From Batkoa obscura (taxonomy: Eukaryota), in NCBI GenBank assembly GCA_030770535.1, contig JASVEC010000011.1, positions 434,001 to 498,000 on the forward strand: 64,000 nt of DNA, given 5' to 3'. Position numbers and translations under genes: made by a program. Within the stretch, counting starts at the first letter, position 1. Each line of letters opens with the position of its first letter. Below, piece by piece: positions 60,801 to 64,000 of this stretch. The notes below the pieces were generated by a model. The model was not told the DNA's origin. It searched no databases and saw nothing but the letters and a program-made list of their open reading frames with translations.

Positions 60801-61653
60801 TAGTGAATTAACCTCCTTTGTTAAATCTAAAATTGCTGCCAATGAAATATTTAATCTTTTAGACCGTACACCCAAGATTAATCAATCAGATGTTTATGGT
60901 AATAAAAATAAGCAATTATATGGTAATATTTTAAGTGAAAATGCTCACTTTGCTTACCCGTCTAGACCCGATACTAAGGTATTAAATGGATTAGATTTAG
61001 AAGTACTTAGAAATAAAAAAGTAGCTTTAGTTGGCTCTTCTGGGTCTGGAAAATCAACTATCATTGGCCTTATCCAAATGTTCTATACACTTGATTCTGG
61101 TAAGCTTGAAGTTGAAGGCCAGGATATCAGTGAATGGAATGTACCTTATTTAAGAAGTCAATTATCTACCGTTGGTCAAGAACCTGTACTCTTCAACATT
61201 TCAGTTATGGATAATATCGCTTATGGAGCAGAAAGAGATGTCACAAAAGAAGAAATTATTCATGTAGCTAAAATGGCTAATGCACATGATTTTATCATGG
61301 ATCTCCCAGATGGTTATGATACTTCATGTGGTGAGCGTGGAGGTAGACTTTCAGGTGGTCAAAAACAGAGAGTAGCTATTGCTAGAGCACTTATTAGGAA
61401 TCCAAAATTATTGCTATTAGATGAAGCTACATCTGCTTTAGATTCCCAATCTGAAAAAGTTGTACAAGATGCTTTAGATAAAGCTTCGGAAGGTAGAACT
61501 ACAATTACCATTGCTCATCGTTTATCCACTATTCAAGATGCTGATATAATTATTGTTATGAAAAATGGTAAAAAAGTAGAAATGGGTACCCATGACAATC
61601 TTTTAACACTCAATGGATTCTATGCATCTTTAGTTCAAAATCAATCCCTTTAA
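57829..61653 (+). CDS. ABCB/MDR1 (P-glycoprotein-type) full-length ABC transporter
   Basis: 1274 aa intronless TMD-NBD-TMD-NBD. Walker A GHSGSGKS and GSSGSGKS; LSGGQKQR and LLLDEATSALD each occur twice. Confidence 0.97.
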   Translation: MFKLKRKRQGSKTDEKEEKESVGNVPFLKLFKFATAKDKLLISFASLASVINGISQPILFLLFSEVIGLFGEYQKSYSENPDLANKTLRETVDFLCIMFVIVGAITAVAAYFQLSLWLMVGESQAVRIRNKYYHSVLSQEIGWFDSISSGDIASRIAGDINLVQDGISDKVGLLIQNITCFIAAFIVAFIKGWKLTLVMLTSVPLLTLAGILISKAIADVSKSGQGVYGEAGSIAEEVLSAVKTVYSFNTQEKEQNRYEDKLKLARKKGFRKAFFTGLSNGVFLLIMFSSYALAMWYGGKLIGDGEQKAANVLAIFFNVLIGSMVLGMTSPSLTAIATAQGAATKLFEIIERESNIDPFLITEEHVKNQSKMSPVKGSITFENVQFSYPSRLDVQILKGISFEALKGQTVALVGHSGSGKSTCISLIERFYTPTSGRILLDGIDISQISNKFLKEHVGLVGQEPCLFGTTIKQNILFGLKNDDEFKADAKQLHDRVVNACKLANIHDFIMKLPQQYDTMVGDRGSQLSGGQKQRIAIARAIIKDPTILLLDEATSALDTESERIVQKALDNAAKDRTTIVIAHRLSTIKKADKIVVFDKGTIIEEGSHNELIELNGAYANLVKQQEIRKGDEEEKNKDDDIVSNDINVDEVVLDIKDNEELEEGLFKMASRVKSLPTELIKNKNNSYEAPMPLMRCLKMVSPYWYYGFLGSFGALSDGISYPVYAVLLTEATQSFFDLNTPGLIEKGLQDINFWSLMFLVLAICCLIVGFLRYAAYNTLGEHLTYEIRRRCFRSLLTQEVGFYDAPENSVGIIASKLSTEAENVQGLVGKFMGPIFSALSCTIASLIIAFLNGWKLTLVALTTLPLNAYSQFVEISALTDVTEQSKRAYLKVSQIAMESIINKRTINSLNRETIFFEDYLGRVEKAHQVSKKGYLKSAVGYSFAMGIPHFVNALVFWYGTTLVINQEYTYKNMFQIISSIMFMGMSFGFASSELTSFVKSKIAANEIFNLLDRTPKINQSDVYGNKNKQLYGNILSENAHFAYPSRPDTKVLNGLDLEVLRNKKVALVGSSGSGKSTIIGLIQMFYTLDSGKLEVEGQDISEWNVPYLRSQLSTVGQEPVLFNISVMDNIAYGAERDVTKEEIIHVAKMANAHDFIMDLPDGYDTSCGERGGRLSGGQKQRVAIARALIRNPKLLLLDEATSALDSQSEKVVQDALDKASEGRTTITIAHRLSTIQDADIIIVMKNGKKVEMGTHDNLLTLNGFYASLVQNQSL

Positions 61654-62051
61654 TTCAGTTAAAGGACTATTACCCTTCCGTATATTTTAATATGCTAATA
61701 ATATAAAAAAAATAAAAAGTGAGTTATTTTTTTATCCCCTTTTAATATTCATTTATAAAGCTGTTTTATTATTCTATCACATCTTTATTGTTACAATTGT
61801 GGTCTTTTTACAAAGTTTAATAAAAATACTAGCAATCCTGTAACTATAAAAAAAATACCTATAACGATAATGAAGTTGCATTACCTATACTAAGTATTTA
61901 TTAGTTGTTAAATTAAATATGGAAGTATAAATAGAAGAATTTAGTTCTTAAGGTTTATTCATTGTTATATATTAGTACAGTAACATTATAAAAGGTCATA
62001 AATTTACTTGTCGAAAATGATTTATTTGTAATAAAGAATAAACATATATAT

Positions 62052-62149
62052 GGGGGTGTTTTTTTGGCTTCATCACTTTTTCCGTTTTTTAAGTGCTATT
62101 TAAGTGGAAAAATTGTTAGTAAAATTCTTAAATACAAAAATACATCCTC
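62052..62149 (-). mobile_element. ~100-bp MITE, copy 8
   Basis: GGGGGTGTTTTTTTGGCTTCA...TACATCCTC flanked by ATAT/ATAT, 180 bp upstream of trypsin D. Confidence 0.9.
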
Positions 62150-62328
62150 ATATAGTAAATATATAAATGGAAACCCAATATACAAATTAGATAACCTGCT
62201 AATTAAAGTTATAAGTAAAATCACATTGTATAAGTATGACAGACAGAACCAAATAAAAATTAAAAATAAATTAAAAATATAGCTATAAAAACTAACCCAA
62301 AATTACTAAAAACTTGTATGATAACTTA

Positions 62329-63099
62329 ATGAAATTTACTTTTATCTTTACTCTTCTTAGTGCTGCTATTACTGCTGGTATTCCTTCCGAAATCCCACCT
62401 GGTCGTATTGTAGGTGGTTATGAGGTATCTCCAAGATTTAAATACCCTTGGGTAGTATCCCTTGACTATGATGGCTTCCATTTCTGTGGTGGTACTTTAT
62501 ATAATGGGAACACTGTTATTTCAGCTGCTCATTGTGCAAAAAGAGATATCTCACTATGGACTGCTCGTGTGCATCGTCATAATTTGAACGCAACTGAATC
62601 TTCTGAACAAGGAAAAACTTACAATATCAAATCTCGTATTGTTCATCCATACTATAGATTACGCACTCGAGCATATGATATATCTATTTGGAAGCTTGAT
62701 AATGCTTCTGGACCGTCTACTGGTATTAAAATTGATACTGGTACCTATTCTAATACTGATAACACCCTCCTCAAAGTTATTGGCTGGGGTGCTACTTCTT
62801 ATGGCGGTAGCCTTTCATCAGTTCTTTTAGAGGTAAAAACACCAGTATTTAATATTGGTAACTGTAAGGAAGCTTATCCAATCTTGGATACTGAATCTCA
62901 ATTTTGCGCTGCTTATCCAGAAGGTGGTAAAGATTCGTGCCAAGGCGATTCTGGAGGTCCAATGTTCATTGAAGAAGGTACTACTCCAATATTAGTCGGC
63001 ATCGTCTCATGGGGTGAAGGCTGTGCTCTTAAAGGCAAACCAGGTGTGTATACTCGCGCTTCAGCCGCTGTCGATTTTATAAAGGAAAATTCTAAATAA
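62329..63099 (+). CDS. Secreted trypsin, copy D
   Basis: ATG 62329 gives 256 aa collinear with the other copies. SAAHC, YDISI and GKDSCQGDSGGP are intact. Confidence 0.96.
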   Translation: MKFTFIFTLLSAAITAGIPSEIPPGRIVGGYEVSPRFKYPWVVSLDYDGFHFCGGTLYNGNTVISAAHCAKRDISLWTARVHRHNLNATESSEQGKTYNIKSRIVHPYYRLRTRAYDISIWKLDNASGPSTGIKIDTGTYSNTDNTLLKVIGWGATSYGGSLSSVLLEVKTPVFNIGNCKEAYPILDTESQFCAAYPEGGKDSCQGDSGGPMFIEEGTTPILVGIVSWGEGCALKGKPGVYTRASAAVDFIKENSK

Positions 63100-63342
63100 A
63101 ATTATTACTAATAATAATGTTAACATTATTTATAAAATTTATAAGTCGTGAAGTCATTACATTCTTGATTTTACCTTATATAATTCTGCAAAAGATTTAT
63201 AAATTAAATAATAAAAAGTAGATATTTTAAGTTTAAAATTTTTTGAATTGTATTAACAAATATAAGTTTAAACTATATACTACCATTTGGATTTTTAACT
63301 GGGTTGTTATGTATAATATACTAATTTTAAGTGATCCTATAT

Positions 63343-63440
63343 GGGGATGTTTTTTTTGGTTTCATTATTTTTTCCATTTTTTAAGCGCTATTTGAGCGGG
63401 AAAATTGTTAGTAAAATTCTTAACATAAAAATACATCCCC
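63343..63440 (-). mobile_element. ~100-bp MITE, copy 9
   Basis: GGGGATGTTTTTTTTGGTTTCA...ATACATCCCC flanked by ATAT/ATAT. Confidence 0.9.
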
Positions 63441-63630
63441 ATATAGTGATAAATGTCAAGCAAAATGCTATTGAAATGTAAAAACGGGTCATGGTTGAAA
63501 TAATTTTAAAGCTGAATATTTAAATTAATATTAGAAGTTCCCCTATGAAAAACGTATAAAATCCAATACAACTATTATACATACATGGCTATAAGATGAA
63601 ATAAAACTTGAAGAAGAATGGCAATCATAC

Positions 63631-63726
63631 GGGGATGTCTTTTTTGATTTCATTACTTTTCCCATTTTTTAAGTGCTATTTGAATGGAAAGGTTGTTAGT
63701 AAAATTCTTAAGAAAAATACATCCCC
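63631..63726 (-). mobile_element. ~100-bp MITE, copy 10
   Basis: GGGGATGTCTTTTTTGATTTCA...ATACATCCCC. The flanks ATAC / GTAT are reverse-complementary rather than direct. Confidence 0.88.
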
Positions 63727-64000
63727 GTATAGTTTTTCAATCCACCAAGATTACCATAACCTTGAGTAAACTCAATAATCTCCTAAATAAAACACATGCT
63801 TCTTAGGCTTAGTAGTTTAACAAAGAATCAATGACATAATGTATCTAAATAGTAAAAATCTAACATCCTCAATTAAAGCTTTAGAGTTAAAAGATAGTAT
63901 TTATATAAACAATAAATGAAAATTGATATTTATAAAAAGTTTCAAATGTATCTATGAAGTTTGATTTCTGAGAAATATCAAGGTTCAAAAACGGCTATCC

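Noticed and set aside
917..62830. Short ORFs overlapping real genes or repeats (e.g. 917-1141, 1187-1402, 1573-1791, 6459-6722, 13576-13824, 14574-14780, 29019-29207, 59679-59870, 62064-62282)
   Set aside because: They are antisense or alternate-frame shadows. Their duplication only reflects the duplicated host gene, and 62064-62282 starts inside a MITE.
8353..63726. The ~100-bp repeats as a CRISPR array, tRNA/SINE or ncRNA family
   Set aside because: They are dispersed in both orientations with TIRs and 4-bp TSDs. There is no regular spacer structure, cloverleaf or A/B box.

Overview
AT-rich eukaryotic (fungal) genomic DNA with short GT-AG introns, mostly about 45-70 nt, in the standard genetic code. 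The gene content suggests an early-diverging, probably insect-associated fungus such as a Conidiobolus/Entomophthorales relative; this is inference only. Two compartments alternate. Intron-rich, tightly packed housekeeping blocks (about 13.7-24.4 kb and 32-54 kb) carry an At2g23090/ZNF706-like gene, CDK8, MED18, a LYR protein, SAC2-like, NUP133, ATXN10, FEN1, CRAL-TRIO, RRP17, EME1-like and SLD2-like genes, plus a catalytically dead trypsin homolog. Accessory blocks (about 1-13 kb, 24.5-31 kb, 55-64 kb) carry intronless secreted or detoxification genes: four intact trypsins, an animal-type membrane UDP-glycosyltransferase, and an ABCB/MDR transporter with its pseudogene. The confidently called mobile DNA lies in the accessory blocks: an intact 2.87-kb Sola-like DDD transposon (22-bp TIRs, ATAT target duplication), ten copies of a related ~100-bp MITE, three solo-LTR-like copies and two other small TIR elements. 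The most striking pattern is that four unrelated repeat pairs lying inverted within about 0.65-1.5 kb of each other have identical or near-identical interiors, three of them with clearly diverged edges. Direct-orientation copies of the same families stay diverged. This suggests local, orientation-dependent homogenisation. All coordinates and identities were read by eye.
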